A stretch of 64,000 bases of DNA from assembly GCA_041653055.1 (NCBI GenBank), contig JBAZGD010000002.1:13751-77750 (forward strand), read 5' to 3'. Under the pieces are notes generated by a model. The model was given only the letters and a program-made list of their open reading frames with translations. It had not been told where the DNA came from and did no database searches. Shown here piece by piece: positions 39,699 through 48,774 of the stretch (positions are counted from its first letter, which is position 1; each line of letters begins with the position of its first letter). Position numbers and translations under genes: made by a program. The DNA is from Candidatus Omnitrophota bacterium. Its GTDB lineage: Bacteria; Omnitrophota; Gorgyraeia; Gygaellales; Profunditerraquicolaceae.

Positions 39699-40874
39699 TT
39701 ATAATCTACCCGCCTGCAGCTTAAGGGCAGCAGCCTTGTCTGTCTTCTCCCAGCTGAAACCATCCCTGCCAAAGTGCCCGTAACAGGCAGTCTTCTTATA
39801 AATAGGCGTGAGCAACCTTAAAGAAGAGATTATCCCCTTGGGGGTAAGCTCGAAATTCTGACGGATCAACTTTACCAGCTTATCATCGGAGATCTTTCCC
39901 GTGCCATAAGTATCTACAAAAATAGAGAGCGGGTTTGCGTAGCCGATGACATAAGATAGCTGGACCATAAACCTCTCTGCTAACTTGGCAGCTACAATAT
40001 TCTTGGCAATATACCTGCACATATAGGCTGCAGAACGGTCCACCTTAGTAGGGTCTTTACCCGAGAATGCCCCTCCGCCATGGGCAATGCTTCCGCCGTA
40101 AGTATCTACGACAATCTTCCTTCCGGTCATACCCGTATCCGATTGAGGCCCGCCCACCACAAACTTGCCTGTTTGATTCACAAAATATTTAGTATTCTTA
40201 TCTGAAAAGCCCTTTAAAACAGGGTCAGCGATAACCTTGATCATCTCAGAGCGCGCCTTAGAAGTAATATTCTTACCCGAGGCATCCAGTATATCATCGG
40301 TATGCTGGCAGGCGATGACAACAGAATCAACGCGCTTAGGCTCTCCATTCTCATACTCAACCGTAACCTGGGATTTGCAATCAGGCCCTAAATACTTAAG
40401 AATATTAGCCCTGCGCACATCGGCCATGCGCTTAACCAACCTGTGCGCCAAAGTTATAGGAAGAGGCATTAGTTCAGAAGTTTCGCTACAGGCATACCCG
40501 AACATAATACCCTGATCCCCCGCCCCTCCGCTATTCACGCCCTGGGCAATATCCGGGGACTGGGCATTGATAGTATTTACAATTGCACAGGTATTATAAT
40601 CAAACCCGTACCTAGGGTGCGTATAGCCGATATCCCTGACAACTTCCCGGGCTAATTTCTGTATATCAATATAGGCATTAGTCGTAATTTCACCGCCTAC
40701 TATCAAAAGGCCCATAGTCACATAGGTCTCGCAGGCAACCCGGCTTTTTTTTGCATCTTTATCCAAAGATAATACCCTATCCAACACTGCGTCAGATATC
40801 TGATCGCAGACCTTATCCGGATGGCCTTCTCCGACTGACTCTGAAGTAAAAAAATACTTACACGGCATCTTCAA
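39699..40874 (-). CDS. metK: S-adenosylmethionine synthetase
   Basis: …[21 protein letters not shown]…, GGGAFSGKD. Confidence 0.9.
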   Translation of the reverse strand: MKMPCKYFFTSESVGEGHPDKVCDQISDAVLDRVLSLDKDAKKSRVACETYVTMGLLIVGGEITTNAYIDIQKLAREVVRDIGYTHPRYGFDYNTCAIVNTINAQSPDIAQGVNSGGAGDQGIMFGYACSETSELMPLPITLAHRLVKRMADVRRANILKYLGPDCKSQVTVEYENGEPKRVDSVVIACQHTDDILDASGKNITSKARSEMIKVIADPVLKGFSDKNTKYFVNQTGKFVVGGPQSDTGMTGRKIVVDTYGGSIAHGGGAFSGKDPTKVDRSAAYMCRYIAKNIVAAKLAERFMVQLSYVIGYANPLSIFVDTYGTGKISDDKLVKLIRQNFELTPKGIISSLRLLTPIYKKTACYGHFGRDGFSWEKTDKAAALKLQAGRL

Positions 40875-40889
40875 GCCTCCTTTATGTTT

Positions 40890-41627
40890 TTATTTAAAAT
40901 TCTTTTTCGCCGCAGCCAAATACTTATGGTCGCCTATATCAAACCAGGAACCCTTAAAGACAAAACAAAATATATCCGCCTTCTTTTTCAGCCAGCTTAT
41001 ATATTTGCCCGTGGCATCCACTTTATTCTTATTAAGTTTCATATAATTACTGATTAAATGAAACTGTTTTCTAGGGATATAATATAAACACATCGCCACT
41101 AAAGGCGAATTTGGCTTCTTGGGCTTTTCTTTAAATGCCAGGATCTTATTATTCTTGTCAACCTTAAGCACGCCATATTTGCTTGCGTCTCTTTTATCCT
41201 TCAGCCTGTAGGCGCCGATTGTCGTATTAGGTTTATTATTGAGCGCGAAATTGACAAATTCATTAAGGTTTCCGCTAAATAAGTTATCCCCTCCGATAAC
41301 CAAAAGGTCGCCCTTGATGCGCTTGTTCCTTAAAACAAAATTTATGTCCCCTATTGCCCCCAGCCGGTCTTCATTGCTTTTGGTTTGGTCATCGACCAAG
41401 GTTATCTTCTTTCGCCCTTTACACCGTAATTTCCATTGCCTGAACTTCCCGATAAATTTACTGTTAGTAACTACGATTAACTCATCTATAACCTTAACAG
41501 AGTTGAGATTATTAATTATATAATTAATAATCGGCTTGTTATTAACCTTCAATAATGGCTTAGGGTATTCCTTTGTTAAGGGATAAAGCCTGGTAGCATA
41601 ACCTGCGGCTAAAATTAAAGCTTTTAT
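40890..41627 (-). CDS. sugar-phosphate nucleotidyltransferase (NTP_transferase family), re-annotated with a non-canonical ATA start
   Basis: The ORF track starts at TTG 41552, which omits the nucleotide-binding motif. The same frame continues upstream as (I)KALILAAGYATRLYPLTKEYPKPLL up to a stop at 41697. There is no ATG/GTG/TTG in this extension. An ATA at 41625-41627 is preceded by AGGAG with 8-nt spacing and overlaps the ptsI TAA (ATAA). Confidence 0.65.
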   Translation of the reverse strand: MKALILAAGYATRLYPLTKEYPKPLLKVNNKPIINYIINNLNSVKVIDELIVVTNSKFIGKFRQWKLRCKGRKKITLVDDQTKSNEDRLGAIGDINFVLRNKRIKGDLLVIGGDNLFSGNLNEFVNFALNNKPNTTIGAYRLKDKRDASKYGVLKVDKNNKILAFKEKPKKPNSPLVAMCLYYIPRKQFHLISNYMKLNKNKVDATGKYISWLKKKADIFCFVFKGSWFDIGDHKYLAAAKKNFK

Positions 41628-43354
41628 TTTAAGATCTCCTTTAATTTTGACTGGGCATAATCCTCCACCTCTCTCCCGGTAGAAAGCTTTAATGCCTCAT
41701 CTGCGATTTCTTTAGCCTGCTTCAAGGTAATTGAGCGGATTAAATATTTCAACTCCGGTATAACCTGAGGCGGCACGCTAAACTCATCAAGCCCCATCCC
41801 TAAAAGTATTAAAGCCAGGCTGGGCTCGCCGGCCATCTCCCCGCACATCCCTACGTTTATATCCCCCTTATGCGCAGAATCGATAATATTCTTAATAAGC
41901 CTTAAAACCGCGGGATGAGCAGGCTCATAAAGATAGGCCACCTTTTCATTAGCCCGGTCAACTGCCAGAGAATACTGAATCAGGTCATTACTGCCGATAC
42001 TAAAGAAATCTGCCTCTTTTGCTAATATATCCGCGGTCATCGCCGCGGAAGGGACTTCAATCATAGCGCCTACCTGAATATCCTCATCAAAAGGAACACC
42101 TTTAGACCTAAGCTCTTCCTTTGCCTCATCAAGTATCTTATTGGCCTGGCGCAATTCTTCGATTCCGGATATCATAGGGTACATAAGCTTTAGGTTCCCG
42201 TGGACTGAGGCCCTCAAGATAGCCCTTAATTGCAATTTGAATATTTCAGGATGCGCCAGGCAAAAACGTATGGCCCTCCAGCCCAAGAATGGCTGCATTT
42301 CATGAGGAATCTGAAATTGCGATAAGAATTTATCTCCTCCCAAATCTATAGTGCGTATAATAACAGGGTAAGGATTCATCTGTTCGGCAACATATTTATA
42401 TGAAAGATAATGCTCATCCTCTGAAGGAGAGTCTTTGCGGTTCATATAGAAAAACTCCGTGCGATAAAGGCCTATCCCTTCCCCGCCGTGCAACTTTACA
42501 CCCGAGACTTCATCTGGAAACTCTATATTTGCATTTATCTCTACCTTGACCCCGTCTAAGGTTATTGCGGGAAGGTCTTTGGCAGAAAGGAGCTTTTCAT
42601 TAACTCCCCTTAACTTCTCCTCTTCGGTATGATATAAATCCAGGGTCTTCTGATCGGGGTCAACAATAACAAGCCCCAGCGCCCCGTCTACTATCAGTAT
42701 ATCTCCCGCATTAATCTCAGTTGTGGCATTCTGGACGCCTACAACAGCAGGTATCTCAAGGGACTTAGCCATAATCGCGGTATGCGAGGTTTTCCCTCCC
42801 ACATCCGTGACAAAAGCCGAAACACGCTTCTTATGCATAGCCGCGGTATCCGAAGGGGAGAGATCATGGGCTACGATTATTACCTTTTCCTTAAGCTCGC
42901 TTAAGCCTTTTCTCTCCTTGCCCAAGATATTCCTTAAGATTCTCCTTCCGACATCATTGATGTCGGAAATACGCTCCTTTAGGTACTCATCTTCGATCTT
43001 GGCAAAAATAGATACATATTTTTTTAAAACCTCCTGAAAAATAAAAGCAACGTTTAATTTATCTTTCTTCAGGCGGGAGATTACCTCTTCAATAAGCATC
43101 CGGTCTTCTAAAACCAGCAGGTGCGCATCAAAAATTTGAGCCTCATTCTTGCCCATATCGTAACCTATCCTCTTCTGAAGCTCAATAATCTCCCTGCGCG
43201 TCTTGATCAACGCCTCTTCGAAAAGCTGTATCTCTAACGGAATCTGGGCCTCGGTAATATTATTTTTAGGGACAATAAAGTCCTCCTTGCCGATTTTATG
43301 GGCGACCCCTATGCTTATGCCATTAGCCGCAGCTATACCTTTAAGCTCTGTCAT
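41624..43354 (-). CDS. ptsI: phosphoenolpyruvate-protein phosphotransferase (PTS enzyme I)
   Basis: …GGKTSHTAIMAKSLEIPAVVG… phospho-His region, PEP-utilising C-terminal TIM barrel. Confidence 0.9.
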   Translation of the reverse strand: MTELKGIAAANGISIGVAHKIGKEDFIVPKNNITEAQIPLEIQLFEEALIKTRREIIELQKRIGYDMGKNEAQIFDAHLLVLEDRMLIEEVISRLKKDKLNVAFIFQEVLKKYVSIFAKIEDEYLKERISDINDVGRRILRNILGKERKGLSELKEKVIIVAHDLSPSDTAAMHKKRVSAFVTDVGGKTSHTAIMAKSLEIPAVVGVQNATTEINAGDILIVDGALGLVIVDPDQKTLDLYHTEEEKLRGVNEKLLSAKDLPAITLDGVKVEINANIEFPDEVSGVKLHGGEGIGLYRTEFFYMNRKDSPSEDEHYLSYKYVAEQMNPYPVIIRTIDLGGDKFLSQFQIPHEMQPFLGWRAIRFCLAHPEIFKLQLRAILRASVHGNLKLMYPMISGIEELRQANKILDEAKEELRSKGVPFDEDIQVGAMIEVPSAAMTADILAKEADFFSIGSNDLIQYSLAVDRANEKVAYLYEPAHPAVLRLIKNIIDSAHKGDINVGMCGEMAGEPSLALILLGMGLDEFSVPPQVIPELKYLIRSITLKQAKEIADEALKLSTGREVEDYAQSKLKEILK

Positions 43355-43620
43355 AATTCTTCCTCTGACATAATAATTCTCTCTAACTCTTCCATTGCGA
43401 TAAGCGCGTCTTCCCCGTCTGCCTCAATAATAATGGAGCTGCCCTTTTCAGCGCCAAGCATGAGTATGCCCATGATAGACTTACCGTTCACTTCTTCATC
43501 ATCGTGCCTGACGGTAATACGCGAATCGAATTTATTGGCTATCTGCACAAATAATGCGGCAGGCCGGGCATGTAAACCCTGCTTATTCTTCACCACTAAT
43601 TCTTTTTTGATAGTAGCCAT
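43351..43620 (-). CDS. ptsH: phosphocarrier protein HPr
   Basis: …NKQGLHARPAA… (His15 region) and a Ser46-like region …VNGKSIMGIL…. Confidence 0.85.
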   Translation of the reverse strand: MATIKKELVVKNKQGLHARPAALFVQIANKFDSRITVRHDDEEVNGKSIMGILMLGAEKGSSIIIEADGEDALIAMEELERIIMSEEEL

Positions 43621-44861
43621 TAAATTTCCTCGATAAGCCCCAAAATAATCTTGGCCAGCTTAAGATGATCGTGCCTGATTAAAGTGTCTTCAATAATACT
43701 AAAATCGTCCTCAACTATACGGTAACCCATCTCTTCTATCTTTCTTCTGTCATTTACCACCAGGTATGAACCCTGTTCAGCATACCGCCTTAGTATATCT
43801 TTAGGCACCTCTGCGGTATTTACAACGCAGTAATCAATTACCTTAGGATGAGAATGCGATGTAAGAGACCTTATATGTTCCGAAGCGCTGTAACCATCGG
43901 TCTCCCCCGGCTGGGTCATAGCATTGCATACATAAACCTTAACCGCATCCGAAGCAACTATGGCTTCGGTAATCTCTTTAATTAAAAGATTGGGTATTAT
44001 GCTTGTATAAAGCGAACCCGGGCCTAAAACAACAATCTGCGCCTCATTTATAGCCTTTATAGCATCGGGAGTTGCCTGAGGCTTATCCGGGCTAAGATAA
44101 ACCTTTTCTATGGAACGATGCGTCTTGGGGATATTGTTTTCACCCAGGGTAACGGTCCCATCCTTATGCTTGGCGGCTAAGACTACCTTATCTAAGGTAG
44201 AAGGAATAACCTGCCCGCGTAAAGCCAGCACCTTGCTTGTTTCTTTAATCGCCTTCTCAAAATCTCCGGTTAAGCGCGTCATTACCGTGATAAAAAGGTT
44301 TCCGAAGCTATGGCCACAGAGCTGCGAACTTGTATCAAAACGAAACTGGAATAAATCACGCATTAAAACAGGGGCATCAGCTAAGGCCACTAGGCAGTTG
44401 CGTATATCCCCGGGAGGCAAAATATCGAATTCCTCCCTTATCCTTCCGGAAGAACCTCCGTCATCAGCAACCGTGACTATTGCCGATATATTCGAGGTAA
44501 ACTGCTTAAGCCCGGTTAAAAGAACTGAAAGGCCTGTGCCGCCGCCGACTACCGCTACCTTAGGGCCGCGGTTAACCTGCTTATTCTGGTAAATTATATC
44601 AAAAAGCTCTGACCCCCTTGACTCAGGGACGAAAACAGCGATCAACGACCTTAATATTCTTTTTACCCCCAGGATCAAAATAACAATCCCGGAGAATAAT
44701 ATTATGGAATCCAGTATTTTAAAAAACAGGAATTCGTCGCTTCGCAGCCTCCCTGCGGAAAAAACCAAGATGACAATGCCAAAGAAACTTAAGATAACCC
44801 AACGCTTAACGCCTATCCCGGGATAAAACCACTTGAATAAGCTATTAATTTTAATAGGCAT
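43620..44861 (-). CDS. yvcK: YvcK/CofD-like gluconeogenesis factor (UPF0052) with N-terminal membrane anchor
   Basis: …VAVVGGGTGLSVLLTGLK…TVADDGGSSGR…. The yvcK-ptsH(crh) neighbourhood mirrors Bacillus. Confidence 0.8.
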   Translation of the reverse strand: MPIKINSLFKWFYPGIGVKRWVILSFFGIVILVFSAGRLRSDEFLFFKILDSIILFSGIVILILGVKRILRSLIAVFVPESRGSELFDIIYQNKQVNRGPKVAVVGGGTGLSVLLTGLKQFTSNISAIVTVADDGGSSGRIREEFDILPPGDIRNCLVALADAPVLMRDLFQFRFDTSSQLCGHSFGNLFITVMTRLTGDFEKAIKETSKVLALRGQVIPSTLDKVVLAAKHKDGTVTLGENNIPKTHRSIEKVYLSPDKPQATPDAIKAINEAQIVVLGPGSLYTSIIPNLLIKEITEAIVASDAVKVYVCNAMTQPGETDGYSASEHIRSLTSHSHPKVIDYCVVNTAEVPKDILRRYAEQGSYLVVNDRRKIEEMGYRIVEDDFSIIEDTLIRHDHLKLAKIILGLIEEI

Positions 44862-44871
44862 ATCAATGCTA

Positions 44872-45342
44872 TTAGACTCTCTTTTCGTCTTCCTGAGTTA
44901 TGATTCTGACAACTGCCTTGTCATCTTCAGAAGCGCGTAAGGTATCGCGGAAATATTTATCTTTAAGAAGCCTTGAGATGCGCGCTAAGGCTTTTAAATG
45001 CGGGCCGGCTGAATCCTGAGGAGCTACCAACAGAAAGAATATATACGCGGGTTCACCGTCTAAAGAATCAAAATCGACTCCCTTCTTAGAGAGCCCAAAG
45101 GCAGCCACCAATTTACCGACACAATCAGACTTTGCGTGGGGTATGGCTATGCCCTGTCCGATGGCAGTGGAGCCAAGCGCCTCCCTACCCATCAAGGACT
45201 CGATTAATTTATTGCGCGAGCGCTTCTCAATATCTCCGCCCTCGATTAAGGCATCCACCAGCTCACGCATAACATCTTCCTTTTTGCTGGACTTTATGTC
45301 CGTAATAATGGCCTTTTTAGATAAAAAATCCATAATCTGCAT
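44872..45342 (-). CDS. ptsN: PTS EIIA type-2 (nitrogen-regulatory PtsN-like)
   Basis: …AIPHAKS… with the active His, fold pattern of EIIA-Ntr/Fru. SD AGGAG 6 nt upstream. Confidence 0.8.
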   Translation of the reverse strand: MQIMDFLSKKAIITDIKSSKKEDVMRELVDALIEGGDIEKRSRNKLIESLMGREALGSTAIGQGIAIPHAKSDCVGKLVAAFGLSKKGVDFDSLDGEPAYIFFLLVAPQDSAGPHLKALARISRLLKDKYFRDTLRASEDDKAVVRIITQEDEKRV

Positions 45343-45371
45343 CTGTTTCTCCTTTCAGGTTTTAATTTAAA

Positions 45372-45444
45372 AGCGGGAGACGGGGTTCGAACCCGCGACA
45401 TTAACCTTGGCAAGGTTACGCTCTACCAACTGAGCCACTCCCGC
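45372..45444 (-). tRNA. tRNA-Gly (anticodon GCC)
   Basis: Reverse complement GCGGGAG-TG-GCTC-AGTTGGTA-GAGC-G-TAACC-TTGCCAA-GGTTA-ATGTC-GCGGG-TTCGAAC-CCCGT-CTCCCGC-T. CCA not encoded. Confidence 0.85.
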
Positions 45445-45460
45445 ATGTTTTAAAATATTT

Positions 45461-45545
45461 TGGTGGGCGGAAGAGGATTTGAACCTCCAAGGGTTGCCCC
45501 AATAGCTCCTAAGGCTATCGCGTCTGCCAATTTCGCCATCCGCCC
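45461..45545 (-). tRNA. tRNA-Leu (anticodon UAG), long variable arm, CCA encoded
   Basis: Reverse complement GGGCGGA…ATAGC-CTTAGGA-GCTAT-(long variable arm)-GGAGG-TTCAAAT-CCTCT-TCCGCCC-A-CCA. Confidence 0.85.
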
Positions 45546-45588
45546 TATTTCCTCTTGCCGCTTAAAAAACTATAAGACTTAAAGATAA

Positions 45589-45787
45589 CCTGTGGTTTTG
45601 CGACGTGCATTAGAAATTTTTCGGCACTTCGATTACACTCAGTGCCGATGGTGAGTACAACCGAACCATCGACAAATGGGAGCAAGGAATTACGACGAGT
45701 GGAGACCGACGATTTATATGGTCGGTCGTAACGAGTCGTAAACCGTAGCTCCCGGCGAAAAATTTCAGCACGGAGCGAAACCGCAGG
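45589..45787. ncRNA. candidate structured RNA or miniature inverted-repeat element (about 200 nt, ORF-free) inside the tRNA-Lys/Leu/Gly cluster
   Basis: A terminal 13-bp helix (CCTGTGGTTTTGC / GCGAAACCGCAGG) continues through tandem G-A into CGTGC/GCACG, then an 8-bp AAATTTTT/AAAAATTT helix. Inside are hairpins CGGCACT…AGTGCCG and GATGGT…ACCATC, and a GGGAGC/GCTCCC helix enclosing nested TTACGAC…GTCGTAA and GACCGAC…GTCGGTC stems. No match found by eye to tmRNA, SRP, RNase P or 6S signatures. Confidence 0.3.
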
Positions 45788-45799
45788 TTATCAAATATA

Positions 45800-45872
45800 T
45801 GAGCCTCCCGAGACTCGAACTCGGCACACGCGGCTTAAAAAGCCGCTGCTCTACCGGATGAGCTAGAGGCCC
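45800..45872 (-). tRNA. tRNA-Lys (anticodon UUU)
   Basis: Reverse complement GGGCCTC-TA-GCTC-ATCCGGTA-GAGC-A-GCGGC-TTTTTAA-GCCGC-GTGTG-CCGAG-TTCGAGT-CTCGG-GAGGCTC-A. Confidence 0.85.
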
Positions 45873-45877
45873 AAACC

Positions 45878-46438
45878 TTAAAATTCCAGTATTTCCTTTT
45901 CCTTGTTCTTCAATAACTCGTCGACCTTAAGGATATATTTATCGACGTTCTTTTGCAGCTCATCTAACCCGCGGAATTTATCATCCTCGGATATAACCTT
46001 ATCCTTCTCTAATTTCTCCAAATGCTCCCTGGCATCACGCCTTATGGTACGCAGCGATATCCTTCCTTCCTCGGACATCTTATGTATCACCTTGGCCAGT
46101 TCCTGGCGCCTGTCTTTTGAAAGCTGCGGAACAGAGAGCCGTATAACTTTGCCATCATTAGAAGGATTAACGCCTAAATTTGACTTCATTATCGCCTTTT
46201 CTATTTCCGGTATCGCGCTTGCATCCCAAGGCTGGATAACTAAAAGATGCGCATCCGGAACAGAGATAGAGGCCAGTTGCTTCAGCAGGGTCGGGGTGCC
46301 GTAATAGTCGACAAATATCCCTTCCACAAGCGCAGGGCTTGCCCTGCCGGTACGTATTTCGGAGAAATCACGTATTACCGATTCAAAGGCCTTTTTCATC
46401 TTTTCATCCGTAGTATGCAAAATTTCCTTAGTAGTCAT
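45878..46438 (-). CDS. frr: ribosome recycling factor
   Basis: 186 aa RRF signature (…RTGRASPALVEGI…VIRLSVPQLS…RR…). rpsB-tsf-pyrH-frr operon. Confidence 0.9.
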   Translation of the reverse strand: MTTKEILHTTDEKMKKAFESVIRDFSEIRTGRASPALVEGIFVDYYGTPTLLKQLASISVPDAHLLVIQPWDASAIPEIEKAIMKSNLGVNPSNDGKVIRLSVPQLSKDRRQELAKVIHKMSEEGRISLRTIRRDAREHLEKLEKDKVISEDDKFRGLDELQKNVDKYILKVDELLKNKEKEILEF

Positions 46439-46471
46439 TTAACCTCCTGCCTTGCCTGAAAAATAAAAGAA

Positions 46472-47200
46472 TTATTTAGCCACAACCGTGCCGATATTCT
46501 CCCCTAAAACCACCCGCTTAATATTCCCGGGCTTATTCAGATTGAATACCACGATGGGAAGGTTATTATCCATGCAAAGGCTGATTGCGGTTGCATCCAT
46601 AACCTTTAACCCCTTTTTCAATACTTCGATATATTTTAAGCGCAGAAACTTTCTGGCTCCTTTTACCCTTAGGGGATCCGCAGAATAAACCCCGTCAACC
46701 TGGGTGCCCTTAAGGATAGCGTCTGCATTAATCTCCATTGCACGCAAGGCAGCAGCCGTATCAGTGGTAAAGTAAGGATTGCCGGTGCCGGCAACAAATA
46801 TTACTACCCGGCCCTTCTCCAAATGCCTTATTGCACGCCTTCTGATATAAGGCTCTGCAATCCTTTCCATATCTATGGCAGTCATAACACGGGTAGGCAC
46901 GCCTGATTTCTCAAGGACATCCTGCAAGGCTAATCCATTAATAACAGTAGCCAGCATTCCCATATAGTCGGCGACTGACCTATCCATATCCAATCCGCGG
47001 GAACCTGTATTCTCCTGGCCGCGGAATATATTCCCAGCCCCTAAAACAACCGCTACATCAACCTCTAAATCGCGGATTTCCTTGATCTGGCGGGCAATTG
47101 ATACCAAAATAGCGTGGTCTATGCCGTGCGACTTCTTCCCCTGAAGGGCTTCACCGCTTAACTTAAGCACTATCCTTCTGTAGACTGAAGAGGTTATCAT
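46472..47200 (-). CDS. pyrH: UMP kinase
   Basis: …[11 protein letters not shown]…, …[11 protein letters not shown]…. Confidence 0.9.
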   Translation of the reverse strand: MITSSVYRRIVLKLSGEALQGKKSHGIDHAILVSIARQIKEIRDLEVDVAVVLGAGNIFRGQENTGSRGLDMDRSVADYMGMLATVINGLALQDVLEKSGVPTRVMTAIDMERIAEPYIRRRAIRHLEKGRVVIFVAGTGNPYFTTDTAAALRAMEINADAILKGTQVDGVYSADPLRVKGARKFLRLKYIEVLKKGLKVMDATAISLCMDNNLPIVVFNLNKPGNIKRVVLGENIGTVVAK

Positions 47201-47724
47201 TATTCGCCGATCTTATAACGGATAAATCGGCGGATAACCACATTCTCGCCGACCTTAGCCACAATACTGCCTAAATAATCATTAATAGTTATGGAGGGGT
47301 CCTTGACAAAAACCTGTTCCATTAAACAATGATTCTTACAAAAATCTTCCTTGCTTTTCTCGCTCTCCAATACCTCCTTTGGCACATCTTCCTTCTTAAG
47401 GTAAAGCGGGCTAGTAGCGGCTATCTGCATTGCAACATTCTTAGCAAAATTAACAAAGTCTTCATTACGCGCTACAAAATCAGATTCGCAGTCTACTTCC
47501 AGAAGCACTCCGATTTTATTGCCGTGATGTATATAGGACTCAACCCTTCCTTCTTTTGCCGCCCGGCACTGTTTTTTAGCGGCAATTTCTAAACCCTGCT
47601 TACGCAATAAAACCGCTGCCTTCTTTAAATCACCTTTGGTCTCCTCAAGCGCCTTCTTACAATGTGCCACGCTAGAAGAGGTCATCTCCCTTAACTCCTT
47701 GATTAAATCTACCGATATCTTCAT
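47200..47724 (-). CDS. tsf: elongation factor Ts (short form)
   Basis: N-terminal UBA-like …LIKELREMT…[10 protein letters not shown]…GDLKKA… is the EF-Ts signature. 174 aa. Confidence 0.8.
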   Translation of the reverse strand: MKISVDLIKELREMTSSSVAHCKKALEETKGDLKKAAVLLRKQGLEIAAKKQCRAAKEGRVESYIHHGNKIGVLLEVDCESDFVARNEDFVNFAKNVAMQIAATSPLYLKKEDVPKEVLESEKSKEDFCKNHCLMEQVFVKDPSITINDYLGSIVAKVGENVVIRRFIRYKIGE

Positions 47725-48624
47725 TTAATTAACGCCTTTCTTTCTACCCTTTAACTTAACGTCGGCAGGCTTTACATGCCCCTTTTTTAATATCTTGCTT
47801 TCTTCCCCTGCCGGTTCTATGGTTTCAACGATTTCTTCTATTTCCTTAATCTTCAGTTCCTCCTCGGGTAAAAGACCTGCCCCATCCAAGCCCTTATCCT
47901 CATCCTGAACCTTCACGCCTTCCTGGCTTAAGTAAGAGAGAAATTTCTTCCTACCTTCTATAATGGTATCCGTAATAATGTTGGCCACCGCCTTAATAGA
48001 TTTAGTGGCATCATCATTGCCGGGGATAGGATAATCTACCAGGTCGGGATTGGAATTAGTATCAATTAAGGCAATAATAGGGATATGCAGCCTGCGGGCC
48101 TCTTTTACCGCTGTTTCCTCTTTACAGGTATCTATCACAAACATCGCCTTAGGCATCTTCTCCATAGGCACAATCCCGGAGAAATTTTTATTAAGCTTAG
48201 AGAGTTCCTTCTCTAAACCGGCGACCTCCTTCTTAGTAAGGCTATCAAAGGTGCCATCCCCCCGCATCCTTTCGATCTCCTTAAGGCGGTTTATGCTCTT
48301 CTTAATAGTAGTGAAATTAGTAAGCATGCCCCCTGGCCAGCGATCCGTTACATAATACATGCCGCAACGCATTGCCTCTTGATGCATGACCTCCTGAGCC
48401 TGCTTTTTAGTCCCGACAAAGAGGACAAACTCTCCTTTAGAGGTTATATCCATGAGGAAATCCCGGGCCGAATTGATACACTCCTCGGTTTTCTCAAGGT
48501 CTATAATGTAAATACCGCTTCTTGAACCAAAAATAAATTTTTTCATTTTCGGATTCCAGCGTTTAGTCTGATGCCCGAAATGAACACCTGCCTCTAGCAA
48601 TTGCTTAATTAAATCTGATGGCAC
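47725..48624 (-). CDS. rpsB: 30S ribosomal protein S2 (with acidic/basic C-terminal extension)
   Basis: GTG start. …LLEAGVHFGHQTKRWNPKM… is the S2 signature. SD GGAGG at -9. Confidence 0.9.
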   Translation of the reverse strand: MPSDLIKQLLEAGVHFGHQTKRWNPKMKKFIFGSRSGIYIIDLEKTEECINSARDFLMDITSKGEFVLFVGTKKQAQEVMHQEAMRCGMYYVTDRWPGGMLTNFTTIKKSINRLKEIERMRGDGTFDSLTKKEVAGLEKELSKLNKNFSGIVPMEKMPKAMFVIDTCKEETAVKEARRLHIPIIALIDTNSNPDLVDYPIPGNDDATKSIKAVANIITDTIIEGRKKFLSYLSQEGVKVQDEDKGLDGAGLLPEEELKIKEIEEIVETIEPAGEESKILKKGHVKPADVKLKGRKKGVN

Positions 48625-48736
48625 TTTTTATTACCTCCCTTTCCCTCCAGGTTTACTTTTACAGGCGGGATCCCGCATTAAATATGATCATAACACGGGA
48701 AATTGTTAATATTTACTTTTCTCTACAAAAAGCAGT

Positions 48737-48764
48737 TTAGTGTAATATTATACAAAAATGTGGT
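48737..48764 (-). promoter_or_regulatory. candidate sigma70-type promoter of the rpsB-tsf-pyrH-frr operon
   Basis: Minus strand TTGCAA (48764..48759), 16-nt spacer, perfect TATAAT (48742..48737). About 110 nt upstream of the rpsB GTG. Confidence 0.45.
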
Positions 48765-48774
48765 AAATTTGCAA

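Noticed and set aside
40890-41552. Track start (TTG 41552) for the nucleotidyltransferase
   Set aside because: It would delete the conserved LAAGxGTRLxPLT nucleotide-binding loop, which is clearly encoded in-frame upstream. It was chosen only because the track calls the first ATG/GTG/TTG after a stop. Replaced by the ATA-start model at 41627.
45546-45799. Interpretation of the structured element as tmRNA, SRP RNA, RNase P RNA, 6S RNA or a group I intron
   Set aside because: No tRNA-like acceptor/T-arm end with CCA (tmRNA). No GGAAGCAGC-type helix-8 motif (SRP). No GGAAAGTCCGGGC / ACAGAAA-type RNase P signatures. The bubble architecture does not fit 6S. It is not inserted within a tRNA anticodon loop. 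Left as an unclassified structured element / possible MITE.
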